A stretch of DNA of 64,000 nucleotides from an uncultured bacterium (GCA_963736115.1 CAVTNR010000028.1:32001-96000); one strand, 5' to 3'. Shown: positions 42,444-53,244, counted from the stretch's first letter. Notes: generated by a model from the letters alone, not told the origin. Numbers and translations: made by a program.

Positions 42444-43468
42444 CGGATCCGAACTGGCGCCGGCTCCTCGACGGACGCCTCGACTGGTCCCTGTTCCGGT
42501 CGCGTCATGCCATGGTACGTTTTCTCCGCGATGATTTCGACAACCGGGGATACCTGGAAACGGAAGCCCCCCTGCTTGTCCCCTGTCCCACCCTCGATTC
42601 GAACATCCGATCCCTGACCGTGGAGGTCGCGTCCATCGACGGCCTTCGAAGACCGTTCTATCTGCACACCTCGCCCGAATATGCGATGAAAAAACTGCTG
42701 GCCGCCGGAGCGGAACGCCTCTATTTCCTGGGGAAAGTGTTCCGGGACGGTGAGACCACGGCCCTGCATAATCCGGAATTCACCATGCTTGAATGGTACC
42801 GGACGGGGGTCTCGATTCCGGACCTGCTGGACGAAACGGAGGATTTCATCCGCAGGCTCGCGGTGGAGATGACCGGATCGACGTCCGTGCCGTACGGGGG
42901 CCGGATCGTGGATATGTCTCCACCCTGGCCGCGCGTCCGCATGGCCGATCTTTTCCGCGCCTCCACCGGCGCGGATCTCGATCCCGAATCCGGCGCCGCC
43001 GGGCTCCGACGCGTGGCGTCCGACCTCGGCGTCTTCCATAATCCGGACGACGACTGGGAAACGATGTTCATGCGGATTTACATGGAAAAGATGGAGCCGG
43101 GGCTCGGATTCGATAAACCGGTTTTCATCACCGATTACCCGTCCTGCCTGGCGATGAACGCTCGCCTGCGGGCGGACGACCCCCACTGGGCGGAGCGGTG
43201 CGAGCTGTTCATCGCCGGGCTGGAGCTGGCCAACGGCTATACGGAAATCACGGATCCGGCGGAACAGCAGCTGCGCTTCGAGTCAGACCTCAATAAAAAG
43301 CGGCTGGAAATCGGGCCAGAACCGCCGGTGGACCGTGAACTTTTGGAGGCCATGGAAGCGGGTCTCCCGCCATGCGCGGGAATGGCGCTGGGTGTGGATC
43401 GCCTGGTGATGCTCCTGCTGAACCGCCGGGACATCGCGGATGTGCTGATTTCCCCTTTTCCCCGATAA
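42440..43468 (+). CDS. epmA: EF-P lysine aminoacylase
   Basis: YLHTSPEYAMKKLLA, HNPEFTMLEWY, ELANGY.E, GLPPCAGMALGVDRL; LysRS catalytic domain only. Confidence 0.93.
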   Translation: MTDPNWRRLLDGRLDWSLFRSRHAMVRFLRDDFDNRGYLETEAPLLVPCPTLDSNIRSLTVEVASIDGLRRPFYLHTSPEYAMKKLLAAGAERLYFLGKVFRDGETTALHNPEFTMLEWYRTGVSIPDLLDETEDFIRRLAVEMTGSTSVPYGGRIVDMSPPWPRVRMADLFRASTGADLDPESGAAGLRRVASDLGVFHNPDDDWETMFMRIYMEKMEPGLGFDKPVFITDYPSCLAMNARLRADDPHWAERCELFIAGLELANGYTEITDPAEQQLRFESDLNKKRLEIGPEPPVDRELLEAMEAGLPPCAGMALGVDRLVMLLLNRRDIADVLISPFPR

Positions 43469-43602
43469 ACGCAGAACAGGGGCGTCGGACGGCCGACCGT
43501 CCCGCCTTTGCTTCTGAAAGGCTTCGTGGGCCGGCCCGTCCATCCGCCCCGTTCATCACATATTTATAACGAAAAAACGTTCAGCCCGATCCGTCCGCAC
43601 TG

Positions 43603-44328
43603 CTAGATGAAGCGGTGCCGGATCACCGATGCGTACCGCCGGCTGATCACCAGGGGCTTGTCCATCCCCCGCAGATGCACGCGGAACGAATAATTGAACC
43701 ATTCCTCGATGCGTTCGACCTGATCCATCTGGATGATGGTGGACCGGTGGATACGGCAGAAAGCGTGCGCAGGCAGGCGCTGTTCCCACTCCCGGAGAGG
43801 TTTCGGAACAAGGCCCTTCTGTCCGTCCGTGGTGACCACTTCAGAATAATCCCCGGCGGAATGGATGCAGAGGATACTTCCCACTCGTAAAAATCTCAGG
43901 CGATTGTCGACCGAAAGAAACAGGCGATCCTCGGTCGACCATACTGCGGCCGGTTCGACGCCGGGCGGATCCGTCCGCTCCAGTCGGTCGACAGCCCGCG
44001 TCAGCCGCTCCGGATTCACGGGCTTGAGCAGGTAATCCAGGGCGTTCACTTCGAACGCCCGGATCGCGTATTCGTCGAATGCCGTGACGAACACGATTCT
44101 CCCCTGGTAATCGCACTGGTCCAGAAGATCGAAACCGGACTGCCCCGGCATCTGGATGTCCAGGAAGACCAGATCCGGATTCAACCGCTCGATCGCCTCC
44201 AGGGCGGAAGGAACGTCCTGGGCTTCGCCCACCACCCGGACGTCCCGGTGCGACGCCAGAAGCGATATCAGGTCCTTCCGGGCGAGCCTTTCGTCATCCA
44301 CCACCAGCGCTTTGGCCGTTTTCTTCAT
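43603..44328 (-). CDS. LytTR-family response regulator
   Basis: VDDE, FLDIQMP, ALDYLLKP, F.RIHRS. Confidence 0.95.
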   Translation of the reverse strand: MKKTAKALVVDDERLARKDLISLLASHRDVRVVGEAQDVPSALEAIERLNPDLVFLDIQMPGQSGFDLLDQCDYQGRIVFVTAFDEYAIRAFEVNALDYLLKPVNPERLTRAVDRLERTDPPGVEPAAVWSTEDRLFLSVDNRLRFLRVGSILCIHSAGDYSEVVTTDGQKGLVPKPLREWEQRLPAHAFCRIHRSTIIQMDQVERIEEWFNYSFRVHLRGMDKPLVISRRYASVIRHRFI

Positions 44329-45415
44329 GTCGGTCATCCATCCCTTTATACAGTTCGACCCGCAATCGCGCTCCATCGTCGTCGCAGTCGAAACCGATCC
44401 GGTGCCGGCCGGGATAGGTGGTTTCGAGCATGCGGCGCACCCAGCGCACCTTCGCCTCCCCATTGTCCGCCTGCGGCGGCGCCCCGTTCCCCGCCCACCT
44501 TCCGGATTGCCGCACGGTCACCTGCAGGCCCTCGCCGGCCATTTGCGCCGAAACGGTTAGACGCAGGGGGAGCGTGCACGAAGTCATGCCCTGCCGGAGC
44601 GCGCTCTCGACAAGCGGATTCAGAAAAAACACCGGAACCGGGTAGTCAGCGGCCGCCGGATCCAGGTCCACAGCCGATACAAGTTTGTCCTCGTATCGCG
44701 CGGCCTCGATGGAGAGATAGCGTCGGACGGCGTCGACTTCGCGTGACAGCGTCACCGTGCCCGATCCGCCTCCTTCGAGCGAATGCCGGAGTAACTCTGA
44801 AAGATCGGTGACAAGGCGCTTTGCCTTCCGCCTGTCCTCTCCGATCAACGCCCGTATCGCGTTCAACGCATTGAAAAGAAAATGCGGGTTCATCTGATAG
44901 CAGAGTGTCTGAAACTGGTGCGCCTGGAACGATTTCAAGGCCTCTTCGGCCTGCTTCCGTTCCTGGTTCCAGTCGGACCAGAGTTTGAGGGTCACGTACA
45001 GGGCGCTCCAGATCACGAATAAGACAAAGTCCATGAACATCGGATACAGAAAACGGATCGGTGGCCCCTGACGGACCCAGGCGGCAAAGGCTTCCGGACC
45101 CTCGACGATCGAGAGGGAGATGAAACGGACAGACCAGAACCACAGGGCGGCGGCCGCCGCGGATGCCGGGAGGATGAGAATTGAAAGCCGGACGAGGGAG
45201 GTCCGCCTGACGTCGATTCTCCGGACCCAGAGACGGTAGGCGGACGAGATCAGGAAACCCAGCGCCATGGCGAGCGTCATCCGGACCAGGTTCGAGCTCT
45301 TGCCCCCGCGGAAGAGCAGCATGTGAAAGGCGTACACCGCGAAGTACAGAGACCAGCCGAAAGCCTGAAGGCTCCAGAAACCCGGAAGCGAGGCGCGTTT
45401 CGGAAGGACGCTCAT
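44294..45415 (-). CDS. LytS-type histidine kinase paralogue with degenerate ATP-binding domain
   Basis: QMNPHFLFNALN intact; N-box and G-box altered. Confidence 0.85.
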   Translation of the reverse strand: MSVLPKRASLPGFWSLQAFGWSLYFAVYAFHMLLFRGGKSSNLVRMTLAMALGFLISSAYRLWVRRIDVRRTSLVRLSILILPASAAAAALWFWSVRFISLSIVEGPEAFAAWVRQGPPIRFLYPMFMDFVLFVIWSALYVTLKLWSDWNQERKQAEEALKSFQAHQFQTLCYQMNPHFLFNALNAIRALIGEDRRKAKRLVTDLSELLRHSLEGGGSGTVTLSREVDAVRRYLSIEAARYEDKLVSAVDLDPAAADYPVPVFFLNPLVESALRQGMTSCTLPLRLTVSAQMAGEGLQVTVRQSGRWAGNGAPPQADNGEAKVRWVRRMLETTYPGRHRIGFDCDDDGARLRVELYKGMDDRHEENGQSAGGG

Positions 45416-46590
45416 ACGACGGCCTCCGGCGCGCGATCCTGCGGCCGGCCGGACCAGAGATCGATCCGGATACGGACGCCTTCGCTCTCGGGGTCGATAC
45501 GGAATCCGTGACAGCCGGGGAACAGCGCCTGCAGTCTCTGGCGGACGTTGGACAGACCCGTGCCGGTTCCACTTCCGATTCCGGAGCCCGGGACGATCCA
45601 CCGGCCGGTGTTGTAGACTTCGATCGACAGCCGGTCGTCTTCCGTCATCGCGGAAACCCGGATGCGCAGGGGCATCCGGCTTGTCTTCATGCCGTACTTC
45701 ACCGCGTTTTCCACAAGCGGATGCACCAGGAAGGGGATGACGGGGTATCCTTCCGCCCTGGGGTCCGAGAGGAATTCGACCTCGAGTTTATCTTCGTACC
45801 TTTTCTTCTCGACGGCGAAATAGTGCCGGAGCGCCTCCAGTTCGTCCGCCAGCGGGATGTCGGACGCGTTTTTCGTGATGAGGGAATACCTCAGGAATTC
45901 CGCCAGTTCGGTCACCATGTCGCGGGCATGTTCCCCGTTCTCGTCAATCAGCGCGCGCACGGAATTCAGCGCATTGAACAGGAAATGCGGATTGAGCTGT
46001 GTCCGGAGCATCTGGATCTGGGATTGATGGGCAAGCGATCCGATCCGCGCCGTCTTCTCCTGCTCATGGAAGAAGGCAAACCAGAAACAGAGGACGAAAT
46101 ACAGAACACTCCATCCGGCCAGCAGGAGCTCATAGTAGAAAAGGTAGGTGAGATAATTGGCCCAGGTGACCGATGCCGCCTTGTCCCCGGGTTCCCTGAT
46201 GAAGACGTCCAGGAGAAGATCGATGCCGTACCAGTAATTCGCCGCGAGAAAAGTGACGGCCAGCACGAGAATGAGGACGGAACCCGGCCGGACGGTTTCG
46301 ATCCGGACCCGGCAGTAGACCCATCGCATCCAGAACCCGGCTGAGAAACCGACGCAGGCGATGAGCGTGCACCAGAAGAGGATCCTGGGCTGCCATCCGG
46401 CGGCCGAGGCATGGGCCAGGCTCAGAAAAACCAGATAGAAGAGCCAGTATGCCGGATTCAGTATCCAGAAAAACCGGTCCTTCTTCCGCACCCGGTTGAA
46501 CAGGGTGGAGAAGGCCGGGCCGATGCGGCCTTCCGGTCCGGCCTTTCCGGCCGTCCGGGAACCGATTCGCTTTTTATCCGATGCCGTCAT
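45412..46590 (-). CDS. LytS-type sensor histidine kinase
   Basis: Four TM segments, QLNPHFLFNALN, PLVENAVKYG, GTGLSNVRQRL. Confidence 0.93.
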   Translation of the reverse strand: MTASDKKRIGSRTAGKAGPEGRIGPAFSTLFNRVRKKDRFFWILNPAYWLFYLVFLSLAHASAAGWQPRILFWCTLIACVGFSAGFWMRWVYCRVRIETVRPGSVLILVLAVTFLAANYWYGIDLLLDVFIREPGDKAASVTWANYLTYLFYYELLLAGWSVLYFVLCFWFAFFHEQEKTARIGSLAHQSQIQMLRTQLNPHFLFNALNSVRALIDENGEHARDMVTELAEFLRYSLITKNASDIPLADELEALRHYFAVEKKRYEDKLEVEFLSDPRAEGYPVIPFLVHPLVENAVKYGMKTSRMPLRIRVSAMTEDDRLSIEVYNTGRWIVPGSGIGSGTGTGLSNVRQRLQALFPGCHGFRIDPESEGVRIRIDLWSGRPQDRAPEAVV

Positions 46591-46873
46591 CCTGTATAAG
46601 TGTACGTTAAATCCTGAAAAAGTGCCAAAAAATTCGGTTCGGCGGCGTCATTATTCTGCGAACGGTTCCGGAAACCGCCGAACGGCTTCGCCTTTTTGAT
46701 CCTTCGTTCCTCCGCACGTTCAACCCCGCCCCCTTTCCCCCGTTTCAGCGACCGCCCGGATCCCGGAGCGTCCGCTCGCCGATTTCCCGTTTGGATTGGC
46801 CCCGCCGTTTGATATTCTATTCCCGAATATTCCACGGTGTCACGGTCTCAACCCCTTCGGGAAGGAGGAATGG

Positions 46874-49800
46874 ATGAAACGGAAGTGGATGGCACTCATC
46901 GCTCTCTGGATCTGGTCGGCGGGAACCGCAGCTTTCGGCCAGGAAGACGCAACGCTGTCCGGCCGGGTCACGGACGAGAACGGCCGCCCGCTGGTCGCCG
47001 CGAATGTCATGATCCGTTCGCTGCGGCTCGGCGCGGTCACGGACGTGGAGGGCTATTACCGGTTCGAGGTTCCGGGTTCGATCGGCAAGGCCGAAACCGC
47101 GGAGCTGGAGGTCAGCTATATCGGTTATAAAAAGTCGACTGCGCGGATCGATCTCGGTGAAACCCGCACGATCGTGCGGAATTTCACGCTCGTCTCGGAC
47201 GTCCTGAAAATGGACGAGGTCGTGATCACGGGATTCGGCGTCGGGGTCGAGAAGGAGAAACTCGGCGTGACCATCGCGAAAGTCGGGGGAAGCGATGTGG
47301 TCAACAGCGACGAGGGTAATGTGGTGAGCGCGCTGCACGGCAAGGTGGCAAACGTTGAAGTCACCTCCCAGAGCGGGGAGCCCGGCGCCGCCTCCTACAT
47401 CCGGATCCGTGGGGCGAATTCCATCACCGGCGGAACCCAGCCCCTGTTCGTCGTGGACGGATCGCCGGTCAGCAATGAATCTGTTTTCAGCGACAACACG
47501 CTGGGGCATGACGGCGTTTCGGAGAGCAACCGCGCTTCGGATCTCAATCCCGAGGACATCGAGTCCATCGAGATCCTCAAGGGCCCGGCGGCCTCGGCGA
47601 TCTACGGGTCCCGCGCCGCGAACGGAGTCGTGATGGTGCAGACCAAGAAGGGCAAGGCGGGACGCGCCCGGCTCTCGTACAAGATGAGCTATTCCTGGGA
47701 CAAGGTCAATCGCACACAGCCGCTCCAGTCGGCCTGGGGCCAGGGCGTCGACGGACTGGCGGACCCGACGTCCCCATGGAGCTGGGGTCCGAAGCTGGAT
47801 GCCGGTGTCCCCGTCTACGACCATGAGACGGATCTGTTCGAGACCGGTCACGTATTCGAGAACAATGTATCGGTTTCGGGCGGAAACGAGAGAACCGCGT
47901 ATTACCTGTCCCTGGGCCGCTACGACCACGACGGCTATATCAAGGGGAATTCGGGTTACCGCCGGTACGCGGCGCGACTGAACGCGTCTCAGTTCATCAA
48001 TGATCATCTGCGGTTGTCCGGCAACTTCAGTTTCAGCGACGCGAACGCGGACCGGATCCAGAGGGGATCCAACGTCAGCGGCCTCCTGCTCGGCGCGTGG
48101 CGGACGCCCCCGGATTTCGACAACAGCCGATATCTGTCGGCCGAAGGGTACCACCGTTCCTACCGGCTGCAGAATCCGGTTTCGGAGAATGGCACGCGGG
48201 GCTACGACAATCCCTTCTTCATCGTAAACCGGCAGATCAACGCATCGAAAGTGGGCCGCGCGTTCGGAAACATCAAACTCGATTACGATCCCGTCCGTTG
48301 GATCCACCTGAACTACACTCTGGGAAACGATTTTTCGAGCGACGAGCGTCGGACGCTCTTCCCCAAGGGAAGTTCGTCGTATCCGGACGGACGCATCGCG
48401 CGCGAAATATTCAACATTCAGGAAACCGACGGCCATTTCACGGCCGAGGCCACCCGGAATTTCAGCCCCGCGGACATGCGGCTGAACGTTCTGCTCGGGC
48501 ACCAGTGGAACCAGAGGCGGTTCGAGCAGTTTTCCGTGTTCGGCGAACAGATCGGCGCGTCCGGATTCGACCAGCTGGACAACGTATCCACGTCTCTCCC
48601 GAACGAGTACCAGGAACTGGTCCGTGACGAGTCCTTCTTCGGCGTGACCTCCGTCGACCTGTTCAAGCAGCTTTACCTGTCGGCGGGTCTCCGGAACGAC
48701 GGATCCTCGACGTTCGGACGCAGTAAAAAGCGGCACTGGTATCCCAAGGGAAGCGCGGCCTGGGAATTCACCAACCTGGGGATGTTTCAAAAAACCGAAT
48801 CGCCCCTGGACTTCGGGAAAATCCGGTTCGCGTACGGCGAGGCCGGGCAGCAGCCCGATCCATACCTCACCATCACCGCCTATTCCACGGACATCTACAC
48901 GGACAGCTGGATCCAGCCGAACGGCGGGCTGACGCCTTTCGCCTACGGATTCCCCGGCTTCCATAGCACTTTCATCCGCGGAAACGACGACATCCTTCCG
49001 CAGCGATCCAAGGAATGGGAATCCGGAATCGACCTGGGCTTTTTCGGCGGCCGTCTCGGGCTCGGCGCCACGGTCTACGACAACCGGACGGAGGATGTCA
49101 TCTATCAATTTCCCGTCGCCACCTCCACCGGCTTTCTGCAACAGTTGAAGAACGGCGGACTGATCTCGAACAAGGGACTCGAACTTAATCTCGACGTCCG
49201 GCCCGTCTCTACCGCGAATTTCCAGTGGGACCTCGGCCTGGTCTGGGCGAAGAATAAAAACCGCGTCGAGCGTCTGGACGGCGCCGATTTTATATTCATC
49301 CAGGGATTCGAGACATCCTGCTACGCCCAGGAAGGGTACGCCATGAGCATCTTCCGTGGAGCCGATTTTGTCCGATTCGGACGCGGATGCACGGTACCGG
49401 ATGCGTCCGGCAATGCGGTCTCGATCGACGACGCTTTCACGGGATGGAAGAATGGCGACCTGTACGTCGCCGAGGACGGATTCCCGGTCCAGGATCCGGA
49501 AGACCGGGTGATCGGAGATCCCAACCCGGACTGGACCGGAAGCATCCGGAACAGCTTCCGGCTGTTCAACAAACTCACCGTTTCGGCCCTGGTCGACATC
49601 AAGCGGGGGGGCGACGTGTACAACGGGACCAAGGGCGCCCTGGTATACTTCGGAACCCATGAGAGCACCGACATCGAGAATCCGGACCTTCAGGGGAACC
49701 TCGCCCGCGGGAAACAGCACGTCTTTGAGGGCGTTGGGCCCGGAGCCGGGACCGCGGTCTTCCTGGACCAGGACACCTGGTACGCTTTCGGTCTCGGCAA

Positions 49801-50083
49801 TTCGTTCAACGGTCCGGACGCGCAGTTCGTCGAGGACGGAAGCTTTGTGAAACTCCGCGAGGTCGCCGTCTCCTACAACCTGCGACATCCGGCCCTCACC
49901 CGCTGGACCGGCCTTTCGGACATCGATATCCGTCTCAGCGGGCGCAACCTGGTCACCTGGACGAAATACACGGGAATCGACCCGGAAACCAACATCTCGG
50001 GCAACGAGAACTGGCGCGGTCTGGATTATTTCAACAATCCGCAGACGCGGTCCTACATGTGCACGCTGCGTCTTAACTATTGA
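46874..50083 (+). CDS. SusC/RagA TonB-dependent outer membrane receptor
   Basis: N-terminal carboxypeptidase-regulatory-like domain, QPLFVVDG, DLNPEDIESIEILKGPAASAIYGSRAANGV, C-terminal aromatic residue. Confidence 0.95.
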   Translation: MKRKWMALIALWIWSAGTAAFGQEDATLSGRVTDENGRPLVAANVMIRSLRLGAVTDVEGYYRFEVPGSIGKAETAELEVSYIGYKKSTARIDLGETRTIVRNFTLVSDVLKMDEVVITGFGVGVEKEKLGVTIAKVGGSDVVNSDEGNVVSALHGKVANVEVTSQSGEPGAASYIRIRGANSITGGTQPLFVVDGSPVSNESVFSDNTLGHDGVSESNRASDLNPEDIESIEILKGPAASAIYGSRAANGVVMVQTKKGKAGRARLSYKMSYSWDKVNRTQPLQSAWGQGVDGLADPTSPWSWGPKLDAGVPVYDHETDLFETGHVFENNVSVSGGNERTAYYLSLGRYDHDGYIKGNSGYRRYAARLNASQFINDHLRLSGNFSFSDANADRIQRGSNVSGLLLGAWRTPPDFDNSRYLSAEGYHRSYRLQNPVSENGTRGYDNPFFIVNRQINASKVGRAFGNIKLDYDPVRWIHLNYTLGNDFSSDERRTLFPKGSSSYPDGRIAREIFNIQETDGHFTAEATRNFSPADMRLNVLLGHQWNQRRFEQFSVFGEQIGASGFDQLDNVSTSLPNEYQELVRDESFFGVTSVDLFKQLYLSAGLRNDGSSTFGRSKKRHWYPKGSAAWEFTNLGMFQKTESPLDFGKIRFAYGEAGQQPDPYLTITAYSTDIYTDSWIQPNGGLTPFAYGFPGFHSTFIRGNDDILPQRSKEWESGIDLGFFGGRLGLGATVYDNRTEDVIYQFPVATSTGFLQQLKNGGLISNKGLELNLDVRPVSTANFQWDLGLVWAKNKNRVERLDGADFIFIQGFETSCYAQEGYAMSIFRGADFVRFGRGCTVPDASGNAVSIDDAFTGWKNGDLYVAEDGFPVQDPEDRVIGDPNPDWTGSIRNSFRLFNKLTVSALVDIKRGGDVYNGTKGALVYFGTHESTDIENPDLQGNLARGKQHVFEGVGPGAGTAVFLDQDTWYAFGLGNSFNGPDAQFVEDGSFVKLREVAVSYNLRHPALTRWTGLSDIDIRLSGRNLVTWTKYTGIDPETNISGNENWRGLDYFNNPQTRSYMCTLRLNY

Positions 50084-50117
50084 TCCGGCGCTTCAATCCA
50101 AAAATGAGGGACGACCC

Positions 50118-51497
50118 ATGAAAAATTTCCGATGGATGGCGCCTCTGGCGCTCGTTCTGCTGGCCGGCTGTTCGAAGGATTTCCTGGAAGGGCCCGAGGT
50201 TCAGAAAGATCCGAACCGGGCCGTCGATGTCACCGTCGACCAGCTGTTCAACGCCGTTCAGGTCAAAACGTACTTCCTGCAGGAGGGATCCCTGTCCCGT
50301 ACGCTCGGAATCTGGATGCAGTCCCTGGCCGGAACCGACCGGCAGACGGGATCGCTTTCGGAATACGAAGTCGTGGAAACCGATCATGCGGATGAGATGG
50401 AGGAGGTTTTCATTCAGGGCGGCCTGGTGGACATCAAGGAACTCCGCGCCAGGACGGAGGCCGCGGGGAACCGGGTCTATGCCGGAATCGCCAAATTCCA
50501 CGAGGCGTTCAACATCGGAATGGCCGCGAGCATCTGGGGTGATTTCCCCTATTCGGAGGCCTGTTCCAGGGTGGCCACGCCGAAGCTGGACAGCCAGAAC
50601 GACATCTATGCTGCGCTCCAGGCGCTTCTGGACGAGGCTATCGCCGATCTGGAAAGTGGCGAACGCGGGACTTCCCTCGCCTCCAGTCCGGTCAATGACG
50701 TGAATTACGGCGGGGACGCGCAGAAATGGGCCGCGGCCTGCCGGTCGCTGAAAGCGAGACTGTACATGCACTGGGCCGAAACGGATCCGGCCAATTACGA
50801 TCGGGCCGCGGAACAGGCGGCCCGGGGCATCGTTTCGCCGGCCGATAACTTCCAGGCAAAGCATACGGCCAGCCTGAACGAGGAGTTCGGCTATTACACC
50901 TACCAGAACCAGCGGGACTCGTACATCCGGGCGGGCAAGCACATGGTGGACCTGCTGAAGGCGAAAAACGATCCCCGCCTGGCTCTCTATTTCGATCCCG
51001 ACGCCGACGGGCAGTATACGGGCGCTGCTGCCGGGGAACGGAACGTGGGCGCATCGATGCTGAGCACCGCCGTTTTTCTCAATCCGGCCCATTCATTCGA
51101 TCTGCTGTCCTGGGAGGAAACCCGGTTGATTCAGGCGGAATGCGCCTTCCGCTCAGGCGACGAGACCGGCGCCTCGGCCCTCCTGAATGAAGTCCGGCGT
51201 GGCATCGAAACCCGCTGGTCCTTCGATGCCGGATCCCTGGGCGACGCATCCGGGCTGACGGGCGACGCCCTGTTCGACGCGGTAATGCATGAAAAGTATA
51301 TCGCCCTGTTCCTGAACATCGAGGTCTATAACGACTGGAAACGGACGGCCCGTCCGGTTCTGGCCCCGTTCGGCGGCGGGGATCCGGTTGCGCGGATTCC
51401 GCACCGCCTCTACTACAGCAACGACGAGCGGAACGCCAATCCGAACATACCGGTTCCTTCCAGCCAGCCGCTCCGCAACGAAAACGATCCTTTCTGA
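50118..51497 (+). CDS. SusD/RagB lipoprotein
   Basis: LAGC lipobox, DPN, WGDFPYSEA, EKYIALF..E.YNDWKRT. Confidence 0.92.
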   Translation: MKNFRWMAPLALVLLAGCSKDFLEGPEVQKDPNRAVDVTVDQLFNAVQVKTYFLQEGSLSRTLGIWMQSLAGTDRQTGSLSEYEVVETDHADEMEEVFIQGGLVDIKELRARTEAAGNRVYAGIAKFHEAFNIGMAASIWGDFPYSEACSRVATPKLDSQNDIYAALQALLDEAIADLESGERGTSLASSPVNDVNYGGDAQKWAAACRSLKARLYMHWAETDPANYDRAAEQAARGIVSPADNFQAKHTASLNEEFGYYTYQNQRDSYIRAGKHMVDLLKAKNDPRLALYFDPDADGQYTGAAAGERNVGASMLSTAVFLNPAHSFDLLSWEETRLIQAECAFRSGDETGASALLNEVRRGIETRWSFDAGSLGDASGLTGDALFDAVMHEKYIALFLNIEVYNDWKRTARPVLAPFGGGDPVARIPHRLYYSNDERNANPNIPVPSSQPLRNENDPF

Positions 51498-51547
51498 GGG
51501 AGGGAGTCCGCCTTCGGGCGGAAATCGCTTCTTCCTTGCCTCTTCTG

Positions 51548-51579
51548 CGGAAAAGCCCCGGCCGAGCGGGGCTTTTCCG
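51548..51579 (+). terminator. Terminator after susD
   Basis: CGGAAAAGCCCCG / CGGGGCTTTTCCG inverted repeat. Confidence 0.65.
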
Positions 51580-51614
51580 TTTCCGTTCCGAGCCGCTACC
51601 GGACGGTTCCAGAA

Positions 51615-51644
51615 AATAAAAAAAGCCCTCTCTCGAGGGCTTTT
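51615..51644 (-). terminator. Terminator after tRNA-Arg(CCG)
   Basis: AAAAGCCCTC-GAGA-GAGGGCTTTTTTT. Confidence 0.75.
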
Positions 51645-51645
51645 G

Positions 51646-51719
<74 letters not shown>

Positions 51720-51731
51720 GCAACGGACCGT

Positions 51732-51760
51732 ATTATAACACAAATTAACCGCTTTGTCAA
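51732..51760 (-). promoter_or_regulatory. Perfect consensus sigma70 promoter for tRNA-Arg(CCG)
   Basis: TTGACA-17-TATAAT; the -35 overlaps the stop codon of the symporter gene. Confidence 0.85.
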
Positions 51761-53235
51761 GTCTTTGCCGGGAAAAGTTTTACCAGCTCGGCCGGCGACG
51801 GTTTCGGGGTCAGCAGGCTGACCGCCACCAGGCTGAAAACGGACACGGCCAGGGCCGGAAAGATCGAGGGAATGCCCCATGGATCATCGCCCTGCATGAC
51901 GCGGGGCCAAACCAGAGGGACACCAATCTCCAGGAACAACGCGGTCAGGGCGCCGGATACGATCGACGCAACTCCCCCCGCCCGCGTCGCCCGTTTCCAG
52001 GCCAGGGCCGCCAGAAGCGCCGGCGTAATTGACACTCCGTACATGGTGTAGGCAAAATAGCTGTACTTCAGGACGGAGATGTTCAGATGAAGGACAGTCG
52101 GGATGAAGATCAGCGCGAACGCCGCCAGCCCGAGGACCACCACCACTATTTTCTGGATCGCGACGTAGCGGGACGCGTCAGGCTTGGTCCTGCTGAACGG
52201 TTCCAGGATATCCCGCAGCACATTGGTGCTGGGCGACAGCAGGTAGTTCATGCCCGTCGAGATCACCACGGCGCAGGCGGCCGCGAGCAGCAGGAGCCCG
52301 ACCGGCGCGGGCACCATGTGTTTCGCGGCCTGGAGCACCATGGAGGCCGGATCCCTGGAGGGATCGCCCCAGAACCGGGCGGCCGCGAACACCGCGATGA
52401 CCACGACCACGATCTCAACCACGATCGTGCCGACGATCCAGAGGGCGACCGCCTGACGCGCATCCTTCGGGGTTTTCGCGCTGTAGAATTTCTGGTACAT
52501 GGACTGAATGCCCATGAGCAGCATTAAAGTGGCGAGAAAGTAGCCGAACGCCTTGAGTGCCGGATGGGCCCCGAAATCCGGACTGAACACCTGAAAATGC
52601 CCGGCCGGCAGGGCCGCTTTCGCCTGCGCCAGGCCTCCTGCGTTCGCGACGACGAATGGGACGGCCACGATGCAGGCGGTCACGATGAGGATGCCGTTCG
52701 GCAGATCCGTGTACGCCACGGCCATCATGCCGGCCAGTGCCGTGAACGCGATCACGAAAAAGGCGGCGATGGCCTGCCCCCACTCCACGGAAATCCGGCC
52801 TTCGGTGGCCACGTTGAGGATGTACCCGCCCGCGCGGAACTGGTAGCTGACGATGGTGACGAATGCGATGATGAGCGCGACGGCCCCGAACACCCGGGCG
52901 AAACGGCCGTAGCGGATTTCAAGGATGTCGCCGATCGTGTACTGGCCGAAAGTGCGTATCTTGGCCGCGAGAAAATAAATGAGCGCGATGCCGAGCCAGG
53001 CGCCCGCGGGAAGCCAGAGCGAGCTGAATCCGGCCTTGTAGGCGTATTCGGCGCCCGCAATGAAGGTTCCGGATCCGATCCACGTGCAGATCAGAGTGAA
53101 GACCATGACCCGGATGGAAAGGGACCGGCCCGCGACCATGAAATCGTCCTTCGTTTTCACGCGGCGGGAACGGACGATGTTGAATCCCATCAGAACGACG
53201 AGATAGGCCAGAATCACCCACAGAGTCCACGTCAT
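51757..53235 (-). CDS. Sodium:solute symporter (PutP-like)
   Basis: About 13 TM helices, DFMVAGRSL, GGM-like GMMAVAYTD. Confidence 0.92.
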   Translation of the reverse strand: MTWTLWVILAYLVVLMGFNIVRSRRVKTKDDFMVAGRSLSIRVMVFTLICTWIGSGTFIAGAEYAYKAGFSSLWLPAGAWLGIALIYFLAAKIRTFGQYTIGDILEIRYGRFARVFGAVALIIAFVTIVSYQFRAGGYILNVATEGRISVEWGQAIAAFFVIAFTALAGMMAVAYTDLPNGILIVTACIVAVPFVVANAGGLAQAKAALPAGHFQVFSPDFGAHPALKAFGYFLATLMLLMGIQSMYQKFYSAKTPKDARQAVALWIVGTIVVEIVVVVIAVFAAARFWGDPSRDPASMVLQAAKHMVPAPVGLLLLAAACAVVISTGMNYLLSPSTNVLRDILEPFSRTKPDASRYVAIQKIVVVVLGLAAFALIFIPTVLHLNISVLKYSYFAYTMYGVSITPALLAALAWKRATRAGGVASIVSGALTALFLEIGVPLVWPRVMQGDDPWGIPSIFPALAVSVFSLVAVSLLTPKPSPAELVKLFPAKT

Positions 53236-53244
53236 GCCGCCTCC

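Noticed and set aside
51506-51522. TCCGCC-TTCG-GGCGGA hairpin as a REP family member
   Set aside because: Only one copy noticed; may simply be a 3' UTR stabilising hairpin.
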